From: Phoronis australis
Lineage: Eukaryota; Animalia; Phoronida
Length of the DNA: 64,000 nucleotides
Assembly (NCBI GenBank): GCA_002633005.1
Contig: NMRA01000090.1
Location: 792,736 to 856,735, forward strand
Direction: 5' to 3'
Shown here in pieces: positions 27,401-38,400 of the stretch. The stretch's first letter is position 1, and each line of letters begins with the position of its first letter. Below the pieces are notes generated by a model. It saw nothing but the letters and a program-made list of their open reading frames with translations, had not been told where the DNA came from and ran no database searches. Position numbers and translations under genes: made by a program.

Positions 27401-27814
27401 CTCAGTAGTTGAAATATAGAGGTACAGCCATGGAATCGTTTCCAACTCTTGAGATGGTGATAACATTGAAGTCCATTGTCTTTCACAGGTTATGGAGCTG
27501 AAGGTCAGCCTTTGATTACTAGTCACTATGGTTACTTCATGTCATCATGGCATATCATCATGGCCTTGACTGGGCAACAAGCCAACTTACCCGAGAAGTC
27601 TCTGACCTTTAGGCCAAAGGTCAAAGTTCCGTACCAGTTCCCTGTTCTTTTGGCTGGCAGTGTGGGTGTACTGAGAGCCTCAGCGACACAGTTTGAGGTC
27701 TGCATCCTGATTGGTCGACCTATCACTCTTGCCACACTCTCTGTAGGTGGTATTGAATACCCAGGTGTTCCTCCTGTACTCAATGCTGGAGTCTGTGTCA
27801 GCTGGTCACATTAA
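12445..27814 (+). CDS. Secreted GH116-family (GBA2/beta-glucosidase-like) glycoside hydrolase with internal PAN/apple-like module, ~990 aa
   Basis: Exons 12445-12548, 18332-18540, 19376-19470, 19960-21149, 21442-21506, 21777-22008, 22153-22367, 24449-24675, 26056-26173, 26520-26711, 27489-27814. All GT-AG with compatible phases; total 2973 nt. GH116 motifs: [43 protein letters not shown] (nucleophile-like E, 21482), TTYDV (acid/base-like D, 22271), [10 protein letters not shown]-terminus [24 protein letters not shown] looks like a signal peptide. Confidence 0.88.
13267..14289. mobile_element. MITE with 5-bp TSD (hAT5-like, tentative)
   Basis: Termini CAGTGGCGGAT...ATCCGCCTATG with G/C-run subtermini; flanked by CTTTC on both sides (13262-66, 14290-94). 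Left arm matches the reverse complement of 58783-58902. Confidence 0.75.
13522..13590 (-). other. tRNA-derived (SINE-head-like) fragment carried inside the MITE
   Basis: Minus strand reads GTGGTGTTGTAGTGGTAAC...GAGGTCGTGAGTTCAAGTC, with A-box-like and B-box-like motifs. No complete acceptor stem. Confidence 0.4.
14315..14640. repeat. Degenerate ~85-90-bp tandem repeat, ~4 copies
   Basis: Recurrent GATGTTSACC...AAATTGGGCAGG...CCTATCCCGGGTT units starting near 14319, 14402, 14490 and 14581. Confidence 0.75.
14700..16560 (-). pseudogene. Degenerate non-LTR retrotransposon (CR1/L2/Jockey-like) RT fragment in GH116 intron 1
   Basis: Minus-strand remnants [26 protein letters not shown] and [19 protein letters not shown] (the [21 protein letters not shown] motif); frameshifted with stops. 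Confidence 0.8.
16816..16976. mobile_element. MITE with 5-bp TSD (GAACA)
   Basis: CAGGCGCAGATTTAGAGGGG...GGATGCCCCCTG flanked by GAACA on both sides; internally similar to 62057-62213. Confidence 0.7.
17174..17462. mobile_element. MITE with 5-bp TSD (ATTTT), spanning the N join at 17208
   Basis: CAGTGGCTGATCTAGG...AAATCCGCCTATG flanked by ATTTT (17169-73 and 17463-67); same termini as 13267-14289. Confidence 0.7.
22405..23861. mobile_element. Intronic interspersed repeat with internal degenerate repeats (Crypton-like non-autonomous, tentative)
   Basis: Recurrent TTCATGAAATTCGGC, TTTTCAGAC and CTAGTGGC motifs; 3' end shared with window positions 160-222. Confidence 0.5.
24650..24985 (+). repeat. 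Degenerate ~40-bp tandem repeat whose first unit includes the exon end and splice donor
   Basis: Unit ATGACAGACAGTTTCTATAGCCAGGTGAGTGGTTGAT recurs in degenerate form to ~24985. Confidence 0.65.
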
Positions 27815-29960
27815 TACCAGCCCTGTTGGTGAACTTGTTAACTAGCTCTACTCTCAGAGTGTCAGGTGGTTACATTAATACCAGCCAGATTTCAGGGATA
27901 AACATAATGCACTTTCTCTATATACTTCACTTGGAGGCATTTGTGTAAAAAAAGCTGTAAATATTTTTTCTTGACAGAATTTTAAGGGAAGAATTTTTTA
28001 ATAATTTGGTCACAGTGTTACTTCTGAGTGTTCACTTTCAATCATATTGCCACAAATTTATGAAGTTAAACTTTATAGTAAAAAAATCTGTTCTATGTCT
28101 ATTTAGCTCATTATTATGTGTATTGTGAAATACTTATACAAGGAACAGGGAAAACATTCCATGAAGATGACTGTTGAGTGGTGGAGTGATTGCATAGCTG
28201 GGCAGCTCTTGGCTTCAATTCATGCCTTGATGAGGTGTTGCATTTAAGGCCTTCAGCAAAATTATGTGTCAGTTGAAGAAGATTAATTCAAGCTTAGAAC
28301 AAAGTGTGTGAATGGTCATTAAATGTAGTTATAGTGCCTTGTTTATGCTGGGGATGTTTTATTATGTGCTAGTAGTCAAACTTAGTTATAGCAATTGCTT
28401 AGTAGTCAAACTGCTTTATAGCATTTGCTTATAGTCGAGTTGCCAAGTCACCATTCCATTCAATGCTCCAACATATAATTTTAGGTGGTTGAAATAAAAG
28501 TTTTAAAAAGGGAGCTGGGAGGGTAGTTCAACTGTCAACACTTGTTGTGTTATTGCACTCATCCGTTTAACCAAGATCTGATCATTTATAGCCAGTTTGT
28601 ACTTAATATTCAGAAACAATTGTATTTTTGAAATGTATTTATTTTTACAAAAAAATGTATGAACGGTCAAATTGGGCTAGAAGTTTGTTCCAAAATCTCA
28701 CCAATTTCTGACAAATAATATCTTGCCAAAATTGCTTATTTTTCATTGCTGTGAATGTTCACAATTTTCAAAATATAGTCTATAGACCTTTCTACGTGCC
28801 ATTCAAAGGAGGCTGTCATTGGTAAGCTGTACGTCATTCAGTGATTACTCGACTTGTTTTCATTCAGGTGCTGAGAACATCAAGTATCGCAATGATGTTC
28901 AACTCTAACGAAAATGGAGGTAACACAACTACAGAGGGCAAAATGCAATAGTCTATTGTTAGCTATGGTACAGAGATTGAACACGGAAGTGTTAATTTGG
29001 TGCTACCTATCTTTGATGTAATAACGATCAAATAAGCATATAAGCCATATTATGCCCTAAATTGATGAAATTTTACTGTCAGTATTAACTCTGCAAAAAC
29101 TATATATAAAGTCCCTTAGTGGCGTGGGTATATTTTTGTGTTAAAAACTATTTGTACTTTTTACTGCAGTAATTATAACCTGTGCTGAGCGGATTTTAAT
29201 TTTGACTTATTTTTATTTTCCTTGCATTAAGCTGAAGTTTTGCTACGTCCACATGGTAAACACAGCCTTATGTTCAACAGGCTGACAATGAGTCACCTAA
29301 ATGTCTTGCACAGAATGATACACTCGCTGGTCCAACCATCCAACATTGTTATTAGGCATTATTTCCCTAGAATATCAAAGTTCCATACTTTCAATACAAA
29401 TCCAAGAGGAAACACTTTTGGGGTAACTTCTTAGGGACACTGATACACAAAACACTGATCTAGTCAATATATTTCAGCAAATAGCAGTTCCAGCCATTTA
29501 TAGCCCATAATACCAAAAGCAAAAAAGATAAAGGCCGTCCATTTGCATGTGAAATAAGTTAGCATACAACCAAAATGTAAAGCAGTTTTGGGCATCAGAA
29601 ATGTTCTTTTGGTGTAATGCTTGAAATATATGTGAAACAACAGTTTGACACTGGTGATGACCATACAGGCCAGGAAATGCATGGTTATACTTTTTACGAA
29701 TGTTGAAGGTCTTCACATCTTTGTGATTTCTGTTAAAAATAGATTTCATGCTTGTATCCAGAACATAAGAATGCACATCAGGTCACAGGACATCGATCAC
29801 AGGGCTTTGAACAGTGGATATTCTGTCCACAATTTGTCCAGTTGTATTTAGTACTGTGTGGTAATGACAAGATTGCTGGACTTGTGAGGTTATTTGAAAG
29901 ATTACCTCCCATAGCTTAAACATAATGATCTGTGAAAGGGGGCAGCATACACTTGCAATA

Positions 29961-30320
29961 ACTGACTGTACCACCTTGGTGTAGCAGAACGTTTAGTGTA
30001 CAACCAGTCACTGACTGTAACACCTTGGTATACCAGAACATTTAGTGTACAACCAGTCACTGACTGTACCACCTTGGTATACCAGAACATTTAGTGTACA
30101 ACCAGTCACTGACTGTACCACCTTGGTATACCAGAACATTTAGTGTACAACCAGTCACTGACTGTAACACCTTGGTGTAGCAGAACGTTTAGTGTACAAC
30201 CAGTCACTGACTGTAACACCTTGGTGTAGCAGAACGTTCAGTGTACAACCAGTCACTGACTGTAACACCTTGGTGTAGCAGAACGTTCAGTGTACAACCA
30301 GTCACTGACTGTAACATCTT
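29961..30320. repeat. 49-bp minisatellite, ~7.3 copies
   Basis: Unit ACTGACTGTA(A/C)CACCTTGGT(G/A)TA(G/C)CAGAAC(G/A)TT(T/C)AGTGTACAACCAGTC at 29961, 30010, 30059 and onward. Confidence 0.95.
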
Positions 30321-30394
30321 GGAGAAATGGAACTTTCTTATGGCTAAGTGCAAGATGGTAATGAGGGATAAAAGCACTTCAAGGTACATTACTC

Positions 30395-30667
30395 ATTTTT
30401 TCATTGCAGCACTACACAACAATGTTATTCACTGCTGCATTACACAAAACATGTTATTCATTGCAGCATTACACAACACAATTCATGTTATTCATTCCTG
30501 CATTTCACAACGTGTTATTCATGGCTGCATTACACAACACATGTTATTCATTGCCGCATTGTGGAGCACAATGTTATTCATTCATGCTGCATTACACTAC
30601 ACGTGTTATTCATGGCTGCATTACACAACATATTTATTCATTACTGCATTACACAACACAGTTATTT
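30395..30667. repeat. ~30-bp degenerate minisatellite
   Basis: Repeated ATGTTATTCATTGCTGCATTACACAACAC-like units. Confidence 0.85.
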
Positions 30668-32421
30668 AGTAACAAAAAGTACCATATAGAAAATAAATAC
30701 TTAAATGTGTCATGTTAACATTGTAAATGGCCAATAAACTCCATATGGATCATAGCGGCATCTGTGCTTTTAAATTGGGTCATTCGAGATCTCTTTCCAG
30801 CAAAATCAATGGATATACCAGTGATAGAAATCAATAAAATGTCATTTGCGGTAATGTATATCCAAACTTTGCAGTAATTCACTAAATGAAAGTCTTTATA
30901 AACTATCTTTTCTAAATTTTCCTAAGCCTGGAAATGGTGAATTTGACAACGAAAAGTTCGAAACTAAGGTGTTTTCATTCTCATGGCCAAGGTTAGGTCG
31001 CGTCAGTCCAGTGTACCCACAACTGGACAGTGGTCACTTCAGTCATGGTCCACATTCTTCCAGAATTTTGGTAAATAAATAATGCTTAGAGGTCTCACCT
31101 GTTTCATGAAAGATTATCCGCAAGATTGTCACTAATGCCAATGGTGTTTACCCGTAAAATACCGATAGCTAGTATTTTTAATCCATTTTCGTGAGCAATA
31201 TTGTTCAGTAAAAGGCACACACACAGGTGTCTGGTTTACATGTATTTTTGGTTAGGTCAGCAATTAGTGGAAAGAATGGGAGGCCGAGAATTGAGAAATT
31301 GTCATTTTGTTACTGTTTTGATATCCATTGTTCATCAATTATTAGAGGTGGTTATTTTCAGTGCTCTGAATTAATGCAAGCCACATTATGTACGCCAAAT
31401 AGTATTTTCATTAAAAATTGAGGCGTTTTACCTTGGAGCGTACACCGTGATACACACATTTCAAAGCCTGTTTATTTACTTTCATTTTAAAGTTCATGAA
31501 AATGTGTTTTAAATTTCAAATCATAGAATTTTCTGAAAATCGGCATCCGTGGTATATTGAAAAAAGTGCATGCCAAAACCAGTAACTATTCCTCAGGAAA
31601 TAAATGGCTATCAAACAAATTTCAGCCTAAAATCTCTTCCATATAATCATTTATTAAATAAAGTTCTTGTTATGACATGTCCCTTATTAGAATACCCTGT
31701 GAATGTCCAGTGCATCAAGGTATGTTGTCTTTAAACAATGAGGTAGGTTTCAAGTAACCCAATCTCGACCATTTCATGAAAATGCAGATACGCCCAAGTA
31801 TTTGTTCGGCACAACACAATGTACACCAGTAGGGATATCATAATTAAACTTAGTCCAAAATATCATCTGCCAAATTACATTCCAGATTTATGAATGGAAA
31901 TTCCAACGATGGTTTTTTTACATCTAGCTTGAATAGCATCAGTTGCTGTTTTGAGGACTTTCCGAATTAAAACCAACTGGAGCTGCAAAGCATATTTGGG
32001 ATGTTTCCAAAATAGCGTGACACGTCTGTTATTAATCAATGGTACCATTCAGATCTATTCATTCCAAGTCAGGTCTCGAGCTCAAGTCAAGTAAGCCACA
32101 TGACCTCAGTCATTAATCATGACCTCAGGACAATACACACTGAGGCTGGTCTCTGAACTGAGCCATTGATCATGACTTCTAGGACTATCACAATTCACAG
32201 TAGACTATCGCAGGTGCCTGCCCTGCAGACCACTTTCTGGTGACCACAACACACATCGCCTCTGAGTCTTGCCGTCCTCCCAGGTATAACCTCCATGTTC
32301 CACCGTTAACCTGACAAACATCTTTTCTTTCCTCCATAAAGAAGAGTCTCCCACTTAAGAGTTTGAGTGACAGAGGCCCAACAAACGTCCTGTATCTTGT
32401 CTCTCATCTGTACTGACCAGT

Positions 32422-35400
32422 TCATCCATTTAACAGCTTGAGTGCACGTACAGCGGGGACAACTTGTTCAAACTTGCGCACACCTTGAAAATAGATTTTT
32501 TGAATGGCTAATGTACAGGAATACAAAATAGAATCCTCCATGAGGAAACTTCCTCTGATTTTCAAACTCCTAACAAGAAATGTGAATGTGCGGCATCATA
32601 GTGACTAGTCTGCCAAGTGTCCGTATGGATCACTTCAATGTCAGGGTTGCCTACAATGTCGGGCTTTTTTGCGAGAGAACTGCAAATATTCTCGAGGCAA
32701 AACTGAATATAAAGTAAGTTTTGCTCAAATCACCATTTTTAACCACGTTGTTTACTATCTGCGTTTTGATGTTCAGTCATGCATAGCTAGCTAGCTGGCT
32801 ATCTGGCCAAAAGAGAGGATGGTGTCAAAAGCAGGCCTTGAAAATAATAAAGATGGCCACTATGAGGTGCAGAATATGTCTAATCCATCTGGAAATTGAA
32901 ATGTTGCCTACATACTAGAAACATATCAACCAAATTCTAGTCAAGGAAACCTGAAAATAAACTATCTAAAAACAAATTAAATGACTTTTGGGGGTACAGC
33001 GGTCGCCCAATCAGTTTGAAACTACATGTCATCAGTCATAGGAACCCATCTTCCAAATGTTATCAAAATCCTGTGAGGGGTTTTGGAGATACAGCAGGAG
33101 ACACATGATGCCCTCATTTAGAAGGCAAATATGTTTCAAGCAATGCACTCTTCATCAGTTACTGTATGTATTGTGAAGTGCTACAGACTGGAGGATGAAT
33201 TATAGGCAAATATAACAGCGATGAGTATAGCATGTGACGTGAACATGAATAAGAAAACATGAGGATGAAAGAAGGTGAAGTGAGACATCCCACAGAGCAT
33301 CAAACACAAATGTAACAACATCAATTATAACCTGTAACTGTCACCTTGAAACAATAACTTCAGTGTCAAATTTCGATTTAATTTTGCAACATTCACAAAA
33401 TATGTCAAGTTAACACACTTGTTGTTTTCCAGTTATGCTGTAGTTAGTATGAAGCTCATAGGTCTTATTTTTGGATTTACTGGACCGCTTTATTCTGATT
33501 TTATCTATGAATTGTAAATTTAATCTTTGACCAGCTTTTAAAAGCAAAGACCAATAAAAGTATAGCAAGATGAAAAAGCAATTAGTCAATATGGTGGACC
33601 ATATTTACTAATTGCTTTTTATCTTTTTATTCATCAGTCAAGCCTGAGGTCAGCTCTCTGCTTCAATCATGAAAGTTTATAGTTTACAAATATTCTCTCA
33701 CCCTCAGTAAAACAGCCACTTACCCACAATGTCCATCACTTTGGAGATAATCTCATGAAACACTGGAAAGAACTCTTCATGCTGCTCAAGTCTGTCTAGA
33801 ACACTGAAACATAAATTAAAAACACTGAGAGCTAGGAATAGTGCACTATTAAAGACTAAAGTGATTCTCAGATATTACGCCACTAGAAACTTAGAATTTT
33901 TTAGAACAATATTGGTCAGGTTGCATGTGAAAGAAATCACTCAATAACCAGAGCTACCTGACTGCAACTAAAACCTTTGACTTTGACTTCAATAATTTCC
34001 TGTGCAGTCCTTAACTGAACAGAACTGCAGGTTTATGGACAATTCCACCACAGGGTTTAGTTTGATAACTCAATGTGTTACAGTTGGTATCAATTCCTAA
34101 GTTACATGCTGAATAATCACCCCTTCACTTGAAATGAGCTAGTCTACATGCTGCTGAATCAAAAAAATAATGAACGGAAAAGTGCTTCTACTAGTTATGA
34201 CAGGATGAATGGGATTACTACAGACACCAGCAGAAAATTAGCAGTTTTTGAACAGAATAATGATACTGTTGTCTAGATCGCTGAAGAGAGGAAGCAAACA
34301 TTTCCTGACAATTAAAAGAAATTAAAAGAGATAGGGAGAATATAAATAGTTCACAAAGTCAACAGCTAAAATTATACAGTTAGACGAACTTACCTTAAGT
34401 GAAGGATGACTGTAATTTTATGTATCCCCAGAATTCCCCCAGAGTGCTAACATGAGATACGGACATGCGCAAAGCGGACCATTCTTTAAAGCTCTTCTGT
34501 GATCAAGAGAGTGCTAACAGGGTGGGATGTGGAGGGCATGTTAGCACTCTGGGGGAATTCTGGGGATACATAAAATTACAGTCATCCTTCACTTAAGGTA
34601 AGTTCGTCTAACTGTATAATTTTATTCCTCCCAGAATTCCCCCGAGTACTACCATGAGACTTGAAAGTTGATCACAGAAAGTGGACAGCAAACAACACCA
34701 AATGTTCGAGTAATTTGTATTGGTAGGTCAACATATACAATTAATGCAATACAAATTCTGCCAAGGTTTTAGATTCTCTGTTGATAGGTTTCTTGTAATA
34801 TTTGCTAAATGTCGAAGGCCGTGACCAACCACCTGCCTTCATAATCTCCTCAACAGTGGCTCCAGACACACTAGCTTTGCTAACAGAAGCTGATCTAACA
34901 CTACCGGGTTTATATACATTGACATTTATACCAGCCTCCGATAAGACGTTTCGGATCCATCGCCGTACAGTATCACCTGTGGCTGCTTTATACGGTCTAG
35001 TAACAGTAAGAAATAGTGCTTTACATGACCCCCGATAGTCTAGAGTACGTTTTAAGTATACAGTCAAATAATGATAAATGCACAACCGCTTATCTGACGG
35101 AAAAGCTTTCAGGTGTAACAGTTCAGGTTTATAATTAAGACGGCCTTGTTTAAGATCCTTGCTTGCAATGGTAAAGGTAAATTTAGAGGCTGAAATGTTC
35201 ATGGAATCTACGTTAAGGGCAGAGATGATCTGCGGACGTTGTCCGGTGAGAATTAGTATAAGCATAACAGTCTTCATAGTTAATTTCGCTATTGGTAACA
35301 ACTTAGCCGGACCCCATGATTTTAGGAAATCTAACACTACATTCACGTCCCAGGTATCAACATAACGAGGTCTAGGGGGGTTCATATTTGCAACACCCTT

Positions 35401-38400
35401 CATAAAACGAACTACATCTGGATTAGAACCAAAGGTCTCATTGCCTGGTAAAATCATAACAGAAGAAAGTGCAGAGCGGGCAGTATTAAGGACACTGTAG
35501 CCCTTATTATGGTTGACAAGTGTTTGGAGAAAAGAAAGTCCCTCTCCTACAGGTGCAAACACTGGAGCAATGTCCCTCTGACTACAATAGAGAATCCACT
35601 GTTTGATGTAGCAGCTGTAGAGGTCTGAAGAGGACTTTCGTCGGGACGCCATGATGGTGGTGATGACAGATGGGCTGTATCCTTTTGTCTGTAGAGCCTG
35701 CCTGACAAGTGCGTCACCATCAGGTAGAGTTTGTCCATGGGCCGGGCCTGAGGTCTAGAAGGCAAAACCAAAGTATGATTAGTAGCTGGAATGATAAACG
35801 GTGTCCCTATGATCATGGGAGTCATCATAGTAAACCAGGGCTTTGTTGGCCAGAAGGGCACAATGATAATACCATCAGCCTCGTCCATAATCCATTTTTG
35901 AATGACTGCATTCAAAATCGCGAAGGGTGGAAAAGCATAAATCAATTTGTAATTCCCCCAATGACACATAAAGCTATCCACCAATGCAGCTTCTGGGTCT
36001 GGTTGCCAAGAGCAAAAGGGTTTCACCTTATAATTAAGTCTTGATGCGAACAAATCAATGGACGGGTTCCCAAATTTTGTGCAAATTTTTCGAAAAACAT
36101 GTGGAAGTAATGTCCACTCGGTTTCATCTTTGAAAACCCTGGATGCTGTGTCTGCAGCGACATTTTGTTTACCAGGGCAAAAGCCAGCTGACAACCAAAT
36201 GTTTCTCTCGACTAACCAGAGCCAGATTTTTCGGGTAACCTTGTTACAGCGATATGAGTGTACAGAGCCCTGATGACGTATACACTGCATTGTTGTTGTG
36301 TTGTCAGTCATGACCCGTAAATGAATATTTCTCATGTTTGCAAATACAGATTGTAAGGAATAATAAACTGCAGTGAGTTCAAGCTCATTAATATGCCAAG
36401 TAACTTCAGTGTAATCCCAACGCCCACCAAACGTTTTATTCCGAGAAGGAATATTGCAACCCCATCCCTGTAAACTAGCATCGGTGTAGAACACACAGTC
36501 AGGGTCACCGAGGTACACTGGAGCAAAGCAGTGAGCAACATTAGTGGTCCACCAAGATAGATCTTGATAAGCAAGTTGACTAAGGGACATGACACTCTCG
36601 AAGTTACGACCGGATTGCTGCAGAGCAACATTCTTGTCGATTTCCAGCTGCTTTGTAAACAGTTGCGCATAGCGATTGCCAGGGTGAGTTGCCAGTAATG
36701 TACCCACTAACTTTGCAACATCCCGTATAGAGATACAATCCATACATAAAAAATCATTAAGCAGAGATATAAGCTTCTCTGCTTTGGAGGGCGGTAAAGT
36801 GACGGTCATTGTTCTCGAGTCAATATGGAACCCTAAAAAGTCTATTTCCTGAGAAGGTGTCAAAACGCTCTTAGTTTTGCTGACTGTGAAACCAAGATCT
36901 TGTAGTAATGTGGCTGTCAGTACCCCATCATTTTCACACTTGTCAGGGTCAGAATTCACAATTAAGGTGTCATCTATGTAGGCCGTTATAGTGACATCAT
37001 GAACGCGGCGAAGTTCCGCCAGGGGCACCTTAAGCAACTTAGTGAAGATACGCGGTCCTGAACTTAAACCATTTGGCAAAGCCGTAAATTGGTAAAGCGC
37101 ATCATCATGCCTGAATCGCAAGTACTTTCGATGATGCCTGGCTATTGGGATGCTATAATAAGCGTCAGACAAATCTAAACTGATAAAGTAACAATCCCGC
37201 GTCACTAAGCGAAGTGCCGATTCAAAGGTATCCATTTTGAAATGATGATAAGCAACATAAGAGTTTAAGGTCTTCAAATTAAGGATAAACCGAAACTCAT
37301 TTGCAACTTTCTTAGGTCGAAGAAAAACGGGAGACACAAATTGTCCAGGAGAGTGAGGACAGCGTTCAATGACTTGTTTAGCCAGCATGGATTGAATTTC
37401 CCTACGCAGGAACTGTTGTTCAAGTGGCGAAAATTTTGCATTGGTACCTGGTTGTGTTTGAGTAGGAAGCAGGTCAAATTCAATTTCATAGCCGGTGACA
37501 ATGGCCAGTATGCGAGGATCCTTAGTAATTTGACGCCACTTAGGGACACAGTAACTAACCCCTCTGGCCAAGGAGGTCTCAAGGTCAGAGAGGACCAAGG
37601 ATATTTTACTTACGGAAGATAAGTCTATTTTCGGTTGGCAGTCTGTCTGGTGGCTGTGGCTGGCTTCCGTGGTGGGTGCCGTTTTTGAGTGTACTGTTGG
37701 CCTGTCAAGAGACAATGCAAGAGTATTAGTAGCAGATTGACAAACATGTCCACTACGAGCTGCCGCCCGCATAAAATTTGGTGCATTCGACAGTACAAAT
37801 GAATGCTCACCTAAAAAAGGGCGATAGCCGTGTTGCGGCTGGCGCTGATAGGCCCGTCTGTAGGAGGCAGGGTAGGGCGACGGCCGGCGTGTAGAGTGTC
37901 TCGCAGTCATGGGAGTCCGGGCGAGATTAAGGGCCTGAGAGGCCTGTTTGCACTTCTCTCCCAACTGGTCTCCAAACAGGAGCTTGTCTGAGGCACTGGC
38001 CTTGTTGAGTGCCGAATGGTACTTTGAGTTGAGATGGGGCTTTATAATGTCTCGTCTAGTGGAGTTGATCTTCGCGCTAGCATAGCCCAGGAGACCTAGC
38101 GCGTCTACAGTGTTGTCCACCAAGTCCTTGGCGTTTAGATGTTTGGGAGCTGTGGTGATCAGGGTGTCCACCAATTTAGTCAGGGGAATGGCCGCCCTGG
38201 CTATTGCCGACTGCGCAGATTTCAACTGGCCCTCTTTAAATTTCACAGTTTTGTGGTTTTGCACCACGTCAGCAATTTCTTCATTCAAGTCCGTCTTGTG
38301 GACTGTAATGTTATCGGGCCGGGGGTGGTTATCGTGTGCCTGCTTTATATCGAAAGCCTTACCCCGCTCCCATAGGGAGTTGACGAGGGACGCAACAGCG

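Noticed and set aside
29961-30320. CRISPR-like appearance of the 49-bp array
   Set aside because: Units are contiguous near-identical copies with no unique spacers, no cas genes and a eukaryotic context.
30204-30718. ORFs with repeated FIAALHN peptides
   Set aside because: Translation of minisatellite DNA.
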